Shown: one piece after another, positions 8,217-17,329 of the stretch | How positions within the stretch are numbered: position 1 is the first letter of the stretch | Layout: the number at the start of each line of letters is the position of its first letter | Source: an archaeon | GTDB taxonomy: Archaea > Nanobdellota > Nanobdellia > SCGC-AAA011-G17 > GW2011-AR17 | Reading direction: 5' to 3' | NCBI GenBank assembly: GCA_043814545.1 | Contig: JBDRJY010000018.1 | Location: 18,046-82,045 of the forward strand | DNA: 64,000 nt | The notes under the pieces: model-generated | What the model was told of the DNA's origin: nothing | Seen by the model: only the letters and a program-made list of their open reading frames with translations | Databases searched by the model: none | Made by a program: the position numbers and the translations under genes

Positions 8217-8632
8217 GCACCTTAGATTTATTGTTAACAAATGTATATTGTCCGGTTCAATATGATAAATTAGAAGAAATAAGCTTAGACAAACGTTTAT
8301 CTTACAAAAAATCGTTACAAGAATTTAAGCGATACGCAACAACCGAATATTCTAATGATTTAGCAAACATTCTTTTAGGAGAATTTGTTGGCAGAAAATT
8401 GGATTGGAACGATAGGTTAAAATTTTTTTACATGCGATATAATTCTTTAACTTCTTTGACAGAATCTCAAGAAGTTTCGTATTTAATTAATATATTAAAC
8501 AAAAATAAATATGTAAACAAAAAATACAAAAAACAACTCAAACAAGTAAAAAAGAAATTAAAACCAGGATTAATTAAAAGAATTTTGTTTAATCTTCTTC
8601 ATCCTCGCTATGATCATCTTCCCGACGGATAA
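8204..8632 (+). CDS. hypothetical protein (last gene of the E1/E2 cassette)
   Basis: GTG start overlapping the E1 stop. Basic C-terminus. The 3' end overlaps the convergent spt5 by about 44 nt, so its exact extent is uncertain. Confidence 0.35.
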   Translation: MCTLSTLDLLLTNVYCPVQYDKLEEISLDKRLSYKKSLQEFKRYATTEYSNDLANILLGEFVGRKLDWNDRLKFFYMRYNSLTSLTESQEVSYLINILNKNKYVNKKYKKQLKQVKKKLKPGLIKRILFNLLHPRYDHLPDG

Positions 8633-9062
8633 CTTTAACTGCATCCATTTTCAATGTAACTGGAATAGGTACAGCAGCTTCAAGCAACTCAACAATAACT
8701 TCTTCTTTTTGTTCATCTAATCTTGAAATTTTAGCTTTTTCATGTTTGAACGGACCAGAGATGATTTCAACAATGTCATTTTTCTGCATATTGATAGGCG
8801 TTTTAATTTGTTCTAGCATACCTTCAATTTCTTCGTACTCAACGGGTTTAGGTAACAAGCCTTTAGCATAAGGAACACCTTGAAAAGATTCTTCAGCATC
8901 TTCTTTACTAATTGCTTCAAGAAAAATGTAACTTCGCATACCATGTGGTCTAATCACACTGTATACACCAAGCTTTTTCTTTTGTACGTTAGACGTAACA
9001 AAGTCTACAACTTGATCTTCCCTGTTTGCTGTTGTTCTTAACACAAAAATTTTATTTTCCAT
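8589..9062 (-). CDS. spt5: Transcription elongation factor Spt5 (NusG homolog)
   Basis: NGN domain (IFVLRTTANREDQVVDFV) plus KOW (NDIVEIISGPFKHEKAKISRL); acidic C-terminus. Confidence 0.85.
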   Translation of the reverse strand: MENKIFVLRTTANREDQVVDFVTSNVQKKKLGVYSVIRPHGMRSYIFLEAISKEDAEESFQGVPYAKGLLPKPVEYEEIEGMLEQIKTPINMQKNDIVEIISGPFKHEKAKISRLDEQKEEVIVELLEAAVPIPVTLKMDAVKVIRREDDHSEDEED

Positions 9063-9064
9063 TT

Positions 9065-9247
9065 TTACGCGGTGATTATTTGAACTGCTATTGTAATGCT
9101 AAACCCAATTAAACCAATAATAGCCATGCCAAGCCCAGTAATCTTAACTATGGTTTTGAGCTCTTCCATGTTGGGTTTTTTGGTTATCTTGAGTACCCTT
9201 ATGCTTTCTTTTATAAAGCTTTTGATTTTAATAAAAATAGGACTCAT
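9065..9247 (-). CDS. secE: Preprotein translocase subunit SecE (Sec61 gamma)
   Basis: 60 aa with a single C-terminal TM helix; conserved position directly upstream of spt5. Confidence 0.7.
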   Translation of the reverse strand: MSPIFIKIKSFIKESIRVLKITKKPNMEELKTIVKITGLGMAIIGLIGFSITIAVQIITA

Positions 9248-9338
9248 TTTTAAACAAGAATGAATGGTAAGGAGTATAAAAAGCTTACGATTTCAAACAA
9301 AAGTCTTATTTACTTCATATATATTATTTTAAGCTATA

Positions 9339-9674
9339 ATGCTGACTATTGAAGAAGTTGTTAGGTTATGTGCTGATGAAAATATCGAAGCTTGTTTGCA
9401 TAAAAAGTCACATCCCTTGAAATTAAAAGGTAAATTGGATGTTCCTTATGGATTAGGTCAAGTAAATGTTTATGCACCAGAGGTTGAATCACAGCAAGAT
9501 TATGATTTCACGGTTTTACATGAATTTGTTCACGCACGAGATGAATATATTTTGGGTATAGTTAATAGGGATGATAACGAAGTTGAAAATGAAGCATTAC
9601 AAACTTATGAAGAAGCACCCGAAGTTCTTATGATAATAAAACAATTGTATCCGAATTTAAACCGAAGATTCTAA
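9339..9674 (+). CDS. Small putative Zn-metallopeptidase (HExxH)
   Basis: LHEFVHARDE HExxH motif in a 111-aa protein. Confidence 0.4.
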   Translation: MLTIEEVVRLCADENIEACLHKKSHPLKLKGKLDVPYGLGQVNVYAPEVESQQDYDFTVLHEFVHARDEYILGIVNRDDNEVENEALQTYEEAPEVLMIIKQLYPNLNRRF

Positions 9675-10169
9675 ATCAAACTTAACAACATTAGGCTTGT
9701 TTATTTCTAAAACTTTTCCACTTTGGATATTTTGTTTGACAACATGTGGATAAATCCGGCCCCAGTTTTGATATTTCAAAATTAGGTTATGGTGCCTAAC
9801 ATCAATTTCACCGGTTAAGTCGGCAATTGCCCATGGTTTAAGTTTATAATTATCATAATACCGTTTATTTTCGCGTTTAGTTTCTACAATTTCGTCGTCA
9901 ATATAAAACTCTAATCCTAGTTGATATTTGCAAAGATAAAGACTATCCATATACTTGTAAGCTTCAGTCTTTTGAATCATACGGTGAATATACTGATCAG
10001 TTTCTTCGTTATAGCCTTTAAAACCCATGTAAACCTGGAACCATGCAGATAAAACATTAGATGCTTTGATCTCAGGATAATTGGATTTTTCCCAATTTAG
10101 GATTGTCCAGATATAAAAATCTACACCATGTTCTTGATCATACTCAAACTGTTTTTTTGCGGATATCAT
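9657..10169 (-). CDS. hypothetical protein
   Basis: Clean 170-aa aromatic-rich ORF; no recognised motif. Confidence 0.45.
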   Translation of the reverse strand: MISAKKQFEYDQEHGVDFYIWTILNWEKSNYPEIKASNVLSAWFQVYMGFKGYNEETDQYIHRMIQKTEAYKYMDSLYLCKYQLGLEFYIDDEIVETKRENKRYYDNYKLKPWAIADLTGEIDVRHHNLILKYQNWGRIYPHVVKQNIQSGKVLEINKPNVVKFDLESSV

Positions 10170-10217
10170 TTTTTCAAAATAAGGTATATAATCATAATTT
10201 TTAATTATATATAAATT

Positions 10218-11414
10218 TTATTCTGTAACAAACTTTGCCCAATGTTTTCTGTACCATTCATAACGAGTATCAAGTTCTTCTTTTGTAGATTGTTTAACAC
10301 TTAACTCATCTAATTTTTTTCTTAATGTTTGAATAGCATCTTCTTCAAAACCTTCTAAAATCAGTTTTTCTAACTCTAGAACAGGACCGTAAACTTTTGT
10401 GTCACCTAACTGAACTTTAATATCGTTCCATTTGAAAGTGTGCCTTCTTCGTGACCATTTGGTATTGACTTCGTAACCTAAGGTTTGTATTAAATACATC
10501 ATTTCTGTAAAAAATTCAGGGGCAGTATGTAAATTAATTTCTTTATGAATCTCATCATGCATGTCGCCTATCTTTAAACATAAATTCATAGAATCATCGG
10601 TTCTTACGACCCGTAGATACTTGTTATCCATTTCAAACAAATGAGTAAACTGTTGTTGTTCTCTAACAAAAGGAGTATTTTGTGTAAAAAAGTCTAACAA
10701 CCGAAGATAGTCTCTTTTTGAAAGAAGACTTTTTGTTTCAATTTCTACAACATTCAGAGGTTCATTTATAGGTTTTTCTTTTGTAGGAACATTTGTATTT
10801 TCAGGAATAAAAGTTTTCCAATGTCTTTGAAACCATTCAAACTTATCATCCATAACTTCTTGTGTTGTAGGTTCTATACCTAAGGAGCAAAATTTATTTT
10901 TTAATTCATTCACAATCTCAGGGTTTTGTTCTTGGCTCATAACTTCCATGTCAATAAGACAACCATAACCAAGAGTATCATTAAGAGTAACCTTAACCCC
11001 TCCCCATCTAAACTCGTGCCGTTTACGTTTCCAAACACTATTTATTTCATAACCTAAATTAAGAAAAAGTAATTTTAGCTCAGGAAATTGTTCATGGGCA
11101 TACCTAACAGTAATCTTTTGTTTTTGTTCACTATTTATTCCACCAATCTTAACTTGAACAAAAGCATGAGAAAGGTTTTGCTGAATCCTTAACTCTTGAT
11201 CACCTTTAAAATAATAAGTTAATTGTTCGTCAACTTTTACTAACTCACCTTCACGTGAAAATAATTTAAGAAAATCTTGATATTTATTCCTTGAGATCAA
11301 ACCACGTACTTCATTTTCAATTGTCCGTTCGTTAGGTAATATTAAACTTTCTAAAGATTCTTGAGAATTAAAAGTTTTATTCCATAATCCATATAAATAT
11401 GAACAAAAAGCCAT
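10218..11414 (-). CDS. Tandem CYTH (triphosphate tunnel metalloenzyme, CyaB/ThTPase-like) domain protein
   Basis: Two repeated halves, each ending ...W(K/S)R(K/R)RH(E/T)F(R/K)W..(V/I)KV.L.DT..YG...(D/E)(M/L)E. The second half starts VVEIETK (ExExK) and the first has the degenerate ENEVR. Confidence 0.6.
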   Translation of the reverse strand: MAFCSYLYGLWNKTFNSQESLESLILPNERTIENEVRGLISRNKYQDFLKLFSREGELVKVDEQLTYYFKGDQELRIQQNLSHAFVQVKIGGINSEQKQKITVRYAHEQFPELKLLFLNLGYEINSVWKRKRHEFRWGGVKVTLNDTLGYGCLIDMEVMSQEQNPEIVNELKNKFCSLGIEPTTQEVMDDKFEWFQRHWKTFIPENTNVPTKEKPINEPLNVVEIETKSLLSKRDYLRLLDFFTQNTPFVREQQQFTHLFEMDNKYLRVVRTDDSMNLCLKIGDMHDEIHKEINLHTAPEFFTEMMYLIQTLGYEVNTKWSRRRHTFKWNDIKVQLGDTKVYGPVLELEKLILEGFEEDAIQTLRKKLDELSVKQSTKEELDTRYEWYRKHWAKFVTE

Positions 11415-11428
11415 AGGAAAAGAAAAAA

Positions 11429-12655
11429 TTAATTAACGAACTCGATTCCAAGCTCGTTTTCAATGTCAGACCTGTTTTTGTCAGTTAGTGTATGTCTCTT
11501 TCCAAAAATTTGCGGTGAGTCAACACCCGTAACAATCAACAATACTCTGATTGTATTTTCAAGGTCTTCACTAATTTGCGCTCCCCAAATTAGTTTCGCA
11601 TTTTCATCCAACTTTTCTGACACAGTTTCAACAACTTTTTTAGCTTCATCTAATGTCATATCAGAACCGCCAGATATGTTAATTAATGCACCATTAGCAC
11701 CTTGGATGTCAACATCTAATAAAGGGTTACTGATAGCTTTCTCAACAGCTTCGTTAGCTCTATGCTCAGAATCACTTTCACCGATACCAATCATTGCAAC
11801 TCCACCCTTACCCATTACAGCACGGATGTCTGCAAAGTCTAGGTTAACTAAACCTGTTTTTGTTACAAGTTCTGCAATACCTTTAACAGCATTGGTTAAG
11901 ATTTCATCCGCAACTTTAAACGCAGTGTGTAATGGTAAATCTGGTGCTAGTTCTAAAAGTTTATCATTAGGGATTACGATTAAGGTATCAACAACAGTAG
12001 CTAACCTTTCTAAACCTACGATGGCATTTTCGTACCTGCGCTGTCCTTCCATTGAAAACGGTATTGTAACTATGGCAACAGTTAATGCACCCATTTTTTT
12101 AGATATGTCAGCAATTACTGGCGCAGAACCTGTACCAGTACCACCACCAAGACCACAAGTAATGAAAACCATATCAGCACCAGCTAATTTTTGTTTAATC
12201 TCATGTTCACTTTCCTTTGCTGCCTCTTCACCAATTTGTGGCATGCTACCTGCGCCCAAACCCTTGGTAAGTTCACGCCCTAAAAGAATTTTGTGGTCGG
12301 CGTTTGTATACAATAAATCTTGAGCATCAGTATTAACTGCAATTGTTTCAGTACCTGTGATACCTATCTCGCTCATTCTGTTAATAGAATTGTTACCTCC
12401 ACCACCTGCACCAACAACTTTAATCTTAGCTTTTTGTGCTGTAAGTAGTTGTTCTAGCTCAGCATCAAGGTCGTGTGATTTTCTTACACGGTCATGCTGT
12501 GATGTCCCTGCTCCTTTAACTGACTCAGTTCTTCTAACTGGCTCAGTTCTAACTTGTTGTGGCATTTCTCTAGGCTGTTGAGGCCTTTGAAAATGATTAT
12601 CTTGTTGAGTCTCATTCTGTTCTTCAGAATCATTGATCACGTCTAAATATCCCAT
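11429..12655 (-). CDS. ftsZ: Cell division GTPase FtsZ with a roughly 70-aa Q/P/R-rich N-terminal extension
   Basis: [32 protein letters not shown] (tubulin signature), NTDAQ. Confidence 0.95.
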   Translation of the reverse strand: MGYLDVINDSEEQNETQQDNHFQRPQQPREMPQQVRTEPVRRTESVKGAGTSQHDRVRKSHDLDAELEQLLTAQKAKIKVVGAGGGGNNSINRMSEIGITGTETIAVNTDAQDLLYTNADHKILLGRELTKGLGAGSMPQIGEEAAKESEHEIKQKLAGADMVFITCGLGGGTGTGSAPVIADISKKMGALTVAIVTIPFSMEGQRRYENAIVGLERLATVVDTLIVIPNDKLLELAPDLPLHTAFKVADEILTNAVKGIAELVTKTGLVNLDFADIRAVMGKGGVAMIGIGESDSEHRANEAVEKAISNPLLDVDIQGANGALINISGGSDMTLDEAKKVVETVSEKLDENAKLIWGAQISEDLENTIRVLLIVTGVDSPQIFGKRHTLTDKNRSDIENELGIEFVN

Positions 12656-12739
12656 CGTGTTAATCCCCCTTTTATTATCTAATTAAAGAAAGAGTTTGCA
12701 AATATCTGATATATAAATATGATTATACTCAAGTAACAG

Positions 12740-13384
12740 TTATTTATTAACGATTTCTATATCTTTAATTTCGGGGAACCGTTTTTGGATTTGTTCTAGT
12801 AAAGGTTGCTTCAATTGGGGTGGTAAACCTAGTTTTATTTTTAATATACCTTCAACAATTTCAATATCAACTTCTGGCAGCTGTAAAGAAAGTTCTAGAT
12901 ATCCTTCGACTTGTTTTTTCAGTTCAGAAACAGTTTTAACAATAGTAACTTCATAACTTAAATCATGACTAGATAATGGGTGATTAAAGTCAACCAAAAT
13001 TCTACCACTGCTAACAGTTTTTATTATACCAATATTATTATCTACGTTAACCTGCATGCCTGGATGTGGCTGAATCTTTTGCTCTCGAAATTTGGATGCT
13101 GGTATCAGTTTAATTAATTTAACATCTTTTTTACCGAACGCTTTTTCGTCGGGTATTTCAACTGTATAAGTTTTACCAATTTCTTTACCTTCTAAAGATT
13201 CGTCTAAGCCTTGAAGAATATCACTTTCACCAACTTTTACTATAGCATGTTTATATTTTCGTTCAGAATCATAAACATTGTTTTTTTTAGCTAGCTCTTC
13301 ATCATTAACATCAAAAACTAAATTACGTGTTGGTAAACGTCCAACATATTTAACTTCAATATAATCTCCTTTTTTAATAGCCAT
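12740..13384 (-). CDS. FKBP-type peptidyl-prolyl cis-trans isomerase (archaeal long FKBP/SlyD-like)
   Basis: MAIKKGDYIEVKYVGRL...FDVNDEE...HPLSSHDL...; start is the internal ATG at 13384, 25 nt downstream of the TATA at 13409-13416. Confidence 0.8.
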   Translation of the reverse strand: MAIKKGDYIEVKYVGRLPTRNLVFDVNDEELAKKNNVYDSERKYKHAIVKVGESDILQGLDESLEGKEIGKTYTVEIPDEKAFGKKDVKLIKLIPASKFREQKIQPHPGMQVNVDNNIGIIKTVSSGRILVDFNHPLSSHDLSYEVTIVKTVSELKKQVEGYLELSLQLPEVDIEIVEGILKIKLGLPPQLKQPLLEQIQKRFPEIKDIEIVNK

Positions 13385-13408
13385 AGTTTTGAGAAAAATC
13401 ATAAGATA

Positions 13409-13416
13409 TTTATAAA
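13409..13416 (-). promoter_or_regulatory. TATA box (gcaaaccTTTATAAAta on minus strand) for the FKBP gene, leaderless spacing
   Basis: Same AAACC-TTTATAAA consensus. Confidence 0.5.
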
Positions 13417-13460
13417 GGTTTGCATAAGTTTTATATTCTGAATAAAAACTCTTTTCATGC

Positions 13461-13697
13461 ATGGCTTGGTTCGAATCACTTAACCCTATATTAAAAACTC
13501 ATTTGAGCGAACAGTTTAAACAATCGCATAAACAAAGAAAAGCGTTTTCTAAAGCTAAAGATCCTAGCAAAGCACAGTTATGGTGTGCTATAGCTTTTCT
13601 TTCTAAACAGGTTTCAGATTTGGATTACAAGGTTAAATATTTGGAACGTGTTTCTAAGATTAAATCTAAAGATATTAAGAATTTGAAGAAATATTAG
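13461..13697 (+). CDS. hypothetical small basic protein
   Basis: 78-aa ORF; weak support, no motif. Confidence 0.3.
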   Translation: MAWFESLNPILKTHLSEQFKQSHKQRKAFSKAKDPSKAQLWCAIAFLSKQVSDLDYKVKYLERVSKIKSKDIKNLKKY

Positions 13698-13791
13698 AAT
13701 TTTGGCTTACGCCTTTTAGGAATGTTTAGATTATTTATTTTGATATTTTATTGTTACTGTTTAGGAAAGAGCTAAAAGAAACAACTCATAA

Positions 13792-13808
13792 AGCCGAAGG
13801 CAAAACCC
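13792..13808 (+). promoter_or_regulatory. Upstream promoter-associated motif AGCCGAAGGCAAAACCC, immediately 5' of the aIF5A BRE/TATA
   Basis: Near-identical element (reverse complement of GGTTTTTGCCTTTGGCT) found in the same position relative to TATA at 51806-51822, and at 63499-63515. Confidence 0.45.
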
Positions 13809-13814
13809 GAAACT

Positions 13815-13822
13815 TTTATAAA
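13815..13822 (+). promoter_or_regulatory. TATA box for the aIF5A-L40e unit
   Basis: gaaactTTTATAAAca, 24 nt before the ATG at 13846. Confidence 0.55.
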
Positions 13823-13845
13823 CAACATATTATTCTAAACTCCTT

Positions 13846-14235
13846 ATGGATATAAAACAATCACACGCAGGCGGACTTAAACCTGGAAGATATGTTGTTT
13901 TTGACGACCTAGCATGCGTTGTTAAAAGTGTACAAACATCTAGGACAGGTAAACACGGTCATGCTAAGTGTAGGATTGAAGCTGTATCTATCAAAGATGG
14001 TAGAAAAATAATTAAAATTATCCCGGCGCATGATAATGTCGACACACCTATCATTGAGAAAAAAACTGCTCAAGTTTTGTCTGTCAAAAGCAAAACTGCA
14101 AATGTTATGGATATGGAATCATTCGAAACGTTTGATGTTGTAGTTCCTCAAAATCTTGAAGATCAGGTTAAGGAAGGCAGTCAGATTGTATATTGGATTG
14201 TGCTGGGCGATAAGATTGTGCAACAGGTAAAATAA
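13846..14235 (+). CDS. eif5a: Translation initiation factor 5A (aIF-5A)
   Basis: Hypusine loop SRTGKHGHAKC; 129 aa. Confidence 0.9.
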   Translation: MDIKQSHAGGLKPGRYVVFDDLACVVKSVQTSRTGKHGHAKCRIEAVSIKDGRKIIKIIPAHDNVDTPIIEKKTAQVLSVKSKTANVMDMESFETFDVVVPQNLEDQVKEGSQIVYWIVLGDKIVQQVK

Positions 14236-14236
14236 A

Positions 14237-14401
14237 ATGGCAAAATTTGATGAAGCTATCGCAAGGTTGTTTAACCGAGTGTTTGTTTGTAAAAAATGTA
14301 AATCTAAGAAAAGGATGGATATTCGTAAAGTTATCCAAAAGAAAGCTATCTGTAAAAAGTGTGGTAGTAAATATTTTCGACCAATCAAGAAAAACCGTTA
14401 G
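14237..14401 (+). CDS. rpl40e: Ribosomal protein L40e (eL40)
   Basis: Not in the ORF track. MAKFDEAIARLFNRVFVCKKCKSKKRMDIRKVIQKKAICKKCGSKYFRPIKKNR (54 aa, C4 zinc ribbon). Starts 2 nt after the aIF5A stop. Confidence 0.75.
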   Translation: MAKFDEAIARLFNRVFVCKKCKSKKRMDIRKVIQKKAICKKCGSKYFRPIKKNR

Positions 14402-14430
14402 AGTTAAAAAAGGAGGTGAAAGGCACATAA

Positions 14431-15645
14431 GTGCTTCAGTTTATGAACTGGGATCTGATTTCAATTCTAATCTTTTATACTATTCTTCTAATTTTATATA
14501 TCGTTTTCAAGGAAAAATTCACTGTCCAGTCTAAAATATTTGTTATGTACAAAGCCAAGTGGGGCTTAAAACTGATGGACAAGTATGCTAAGTTATGGCC
14601 AAACCTTTCAAAACTGTTCGCTTTTATTGGAGTAATTGTAGGTTTTGGTGGAATGTTATTCGTGTTTTGTTTTTTGATAATTGAAACATGGAAATTTATA
14701 ATTACACCTGGCGCTGAAGCAGCTTTAAAATTAATCATACCGACGGTACAAATACCTGGTTTACCGCCCTTATCGTTTTGGCATTGGATCATATCAATCT
14801 TTTTGGTAGCAGTTGTGCACGAGTTTTCTCACGGTGTTGTTGCGAGGTTGTACAGGGTAAAAATTAGAAGTTCAGGTTTTGCTTTCTTAGGTCCGTTGCT
14901 TGCAGCGTTTGTCGAACCTGACGAGAAAGGTATACAGCAATTAAAAAAACGTAAACAGTTAGCAATTTTTGCAGCTGGCCCGTTTTCTAATATCGTTATG
15001 GCAGGAATATTTTTGTTCCTTTTATTTTACGTTACTACGCCGTTGCAAGGTACAATGTTAGACGTGAATGGTATACAAGTTAACGAACTTATGGAAAATT
15101 ATTCTTTGATTGAGACAGGTATTGAAACTCCGTTTGTTTTATACAAAATGAACGGTTTACCTATTTATGAAGAAAACAATTTTGAAGATGTAATTTTGTT
15201 TTTGAAAGACGGTGATGTTATAACTTTAGGCACTGATAAAGGTGAGTATGAAGTTACTGCTATACAAAGTCCTGATGATCCTAACCGTGCGTTAGTAGGT
15301 ATGAAAGATTTCAGGTTATCTTACGCAGTTAAAGATGATGTAAGTTACCTTGGATCTTTGCCGTTGGCTTGGCCTTGGATAAACCTTTTGATACTTTGGA
15401 TTTTTCTTATCTCTCTTGGTGTAGGTTTGTTTAACTTATTGCCTTTAGGTCCGATTGATGGTGGTAGAATGTTTTACACTCTTTTGTTAGGTATAACACA
15501 TAATGAGTTACATACACGTAGAATTTGGACAATGGTATCTTGGTTTTGTTTGTTACTAATTGTTATTAACTTATTACCTTTACTGAATAAACTTTTAATT
15601 TTCCTTTTACAGGCAGTTACAATACTTATTTCTCTAACACTATAA
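14431..15645 (+). CDS. Site-2 protease (M50 family intramembrane Zn-metalloprotease) with PDZ domain
   Basis: HEFSHG HExxH in a TM helix, multiple TM segments, central PDZ-like region, and an LPLGPIDGG C-terminal motif (LDG of S2P). Confidence 0.8.
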   Translation: MLQFMNWDLISILIFYTILLILYIVFKEKFTVQSKIFVMYKAKWGLKLMDKYAKLWPNLSKLFAFIGVIVGFGGMLFVFCFLIIETWKFIITPGAEAALKLIIPTVQIPGLPPLSFWHWIISIFLVAVVHEFSHGVVARLYRVKIRSSGFAFLGPLLAAFVEPDEKGIQQLKKRKQLAIFAAGPFSNIVMAGIFLFLLFYVTTPLQGTMLDVNGIQVNELMENYSLIETGIETPFVLYKMNGLPIYEENNFEDVILFLKDGDVITLGTDKGEYEVTAIQSPDDPNRALVGMKDFRLSYAVKDDVSYLGSLPLAWPWINLLILWIFLISLGVGLFNLLPLGPIDGGRMFYTLLLGITHNELHTRRIWTMVSWFCLLLIVINLLPLLNKLLIFLLQAVTILISLTL

Positions 15646-16567
15646 TTTTTCTTGTAAGAGTTTTATGTGCATAATGCCTGATAGTTTTAACAGTTTTGAA
15701 TTTACTTTTTATGTTAACATTGTTTGGCATTACGATAACAACCCTTTTACCTTTCTTTGTTTGTTTGTAAACATTATTTAAGAAATCGTTATATAATTGG
15801 GTTTTTTCTTTGGTGAGTTTAGTTTTTCTACCATAAGGTAAATCTGTTACAATTACATTAAACTTTTCTTTCGCAGTAGTGGCGTCTTGTTTTTTTATCT
15901 TAGCTTTAAGTTTGAAATATTTAAGATTAGTTTTAGCTGCGTCCAACATTCTATCTTCAATGTCCGAACCTATTATTTGAGTCTTCATAAGCTTGGCTTC
16001 AATGAGGATGGCGCCAGTGCCACAGAACGGATCCCATAAAGTTTCTTTAGGTTTGACTTTTGAAAGATTTACTAAAACCTTGGCAATCTTAGCTGAGAAT
16101 GTGCCTGAATAAGCAACAGGTCGTTTCCTTAACGTACGTTCTCTAAATTGATTATTTGTGTCATGTAAAACTTTACCGCAGATAACTTTATTTTTTATAA
16201 AATAAAAGTTGAATAAGGTTTTTGGAGTTGATAAGTTAACTTTAGGTTTTTTAAACTTGGGCCAAATAAGGTCTGCAAGATATTTTTCTTCTAATTGTTT
16301 TTCCCCAAATGTTCTTATACAAAAATCTTTTTCATAATATTTTTGAAAATTAGTTTTTTTAATTTTATCTTCCAGTTCAGAGAATTTACAAATAAATATC
16401 TGTTGTAAAACTTTTTTTGTAAATGCCAAACGCGTGTAATCAATCTGTTTTGTATCAATGAATAGAAATCTATTAAATATTTTCTTTTCTTTTTTGTTTG
16501 TTAAAGATTTTATCTCTTCTTTAGCAAGATCTTTATTTTCCATTGATAGGACAAAGACATGTTTCAT
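15626..16567 (-). CDS. THUMP-domain RNA (guanine-N2) methyltransferase, Trm11/TrmG10-like
   Basis: SAM motif I DPFCGTGAILIEA and motif IV DLPYG (N6/N2-MTase DPPY-like). Start is the internal ATG at 16567, overlapping the upstream stop. Confidence 0.65.
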   Translation of the reverse strand: MKHVFVLSMENKDLAKEEIKSLTNKKEKKIFNRFLFIDTKQIDYTRLAFTKKVLQQIFICKFSELEDKIKKTNFQKYYEKDFCIRTFGEKQLEEKYLADLIWPKFKKPKVNLSTPKTLFNFYFIKNKVICGKVLHDTNNQFRERTLRKRPVAYSGTFSAKIAKVLVNLSKVKPKETLWDPFCGTGAILIEAKLMKTQIIGSDIEDRMLDAAKTNLKYFKLKAKIKKQDATTAKEKFNVIVTDLPYGRKTKLTKEKTQLYNDFLNNVYKQTKKGKRVVIVMPNNVNIKSKFKTVKTIRHYAHKTLTRKIIVLEK

Positions 16568-17250
16568 TTTATCTTTTTGAAAAATCCGTAAAGAGCAAAA
16601 ATCTCGCGTTTGGTAAGAAAAGATTTTCCTATTATCTTTTTCCATAGAGTTTTTTGTGTATTCTTTTTTTCTTCAGTTGAAAATTTTAATCTGTCCAATG
16701 CTTCATTTGCTAATTGTAAGGCAACTTCTTTGTCTTTTTTCTCTGCCACCCTAATATGTTTACCAACTTTATTTTTTTCTAATTCTTGAAAAAGTTCGTA
16801 AAAGATTATTGTTGCTGCATGAGAAGCGTTCATTGTAGGATAATCTTTTGAAGTAGGTATACTAACAATAAAATCGCACATACTAACTTCTTCGTTTGTT
16901 AATCCAGAATTTTCCCTGCCTATCATAATGGCAACTTTATTTTTTGGTAATACTTTACTAAATTCTTTTGGTGTTAAAGGTGAACGTGGAATATTATATT
17001 CACTGCCAAGCTTTGCAGTAGAACCAACAATATAATCGGTTTCAAGTTCTTTAATATATTTGAGAACCTTAGCTTTTTTCAAAACATCTTTTGCATGTGT
17101 TGCTCGGTCCAACCCTTCTTTTTCTAAATGATTGCATTTAGGATTAATTAAAATTAAGTTTGTTAGATTAAAATTTTTCATAGATCTAGCTATTGCTCCA
17201 ATGTTACCTGAATTTTGAAACTCTAACAGTACAACAAACACGTTTTTCAT
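16564..17250 (-). CDS. SPOUT-class tRNA/rRNA 2'-O-methyltransferase (TrmJ/TrmH-like)
   Basis: N-terminal LEFQNSGNIGAIARSMKNF and IVSIPT motifs of SpoU MTases. Confidence 0.7.
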   Translation of the reverse strand: MKNVFVVLLEFQNSGNIGAIARSMKNFNLTNLILINPKCNHLEKEGLDRATHAKDVLKKAKVLKYIKELETDYIVGSTAKLGSEYNIPRSPLTPKEFSKVLPKNKVAIMIGRENSGLTNEEVSMCDFIVSIPTSKDYPTMNASHAATIIFYELFQELEKNKVGKHIRVAEKKDKEVALQLANEALDRLKFSTEEKKNTQKTLWKKIIGKSFLTKREIFALYGFFKKIK

Positions 17251-17329
17251 ACGTTCAAAGACTTATTAGTGTTATTTAAACGTTTTTGTTAGGAAATTTT
17301 ATATAGTTTTGGATGTTTTAATTTTAATT

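Noticed and set aside
11463-12581. Antisense ORFs 11463..12323 and 12357..12581 inside ftsZ
   Set aside because: Ser/Pro-rich low-complexity products antisense to a universally conserved gene; artefacts.
13462-13482. tRNA-like T-loop sequence TGGTTCGAATC
   Set aside because: No acceptor, D or anticodon stems can be drawn around it; it lies within coding sequence.
14119-14792. Minus-strand ORFs 14119..14388, 14168..14428, 14475..14792 and plus ORF 14247..14534
   Set aside because: They overlap aIF5A, the newly called L40e and the S2P gene in other frames, and have no conserved features.
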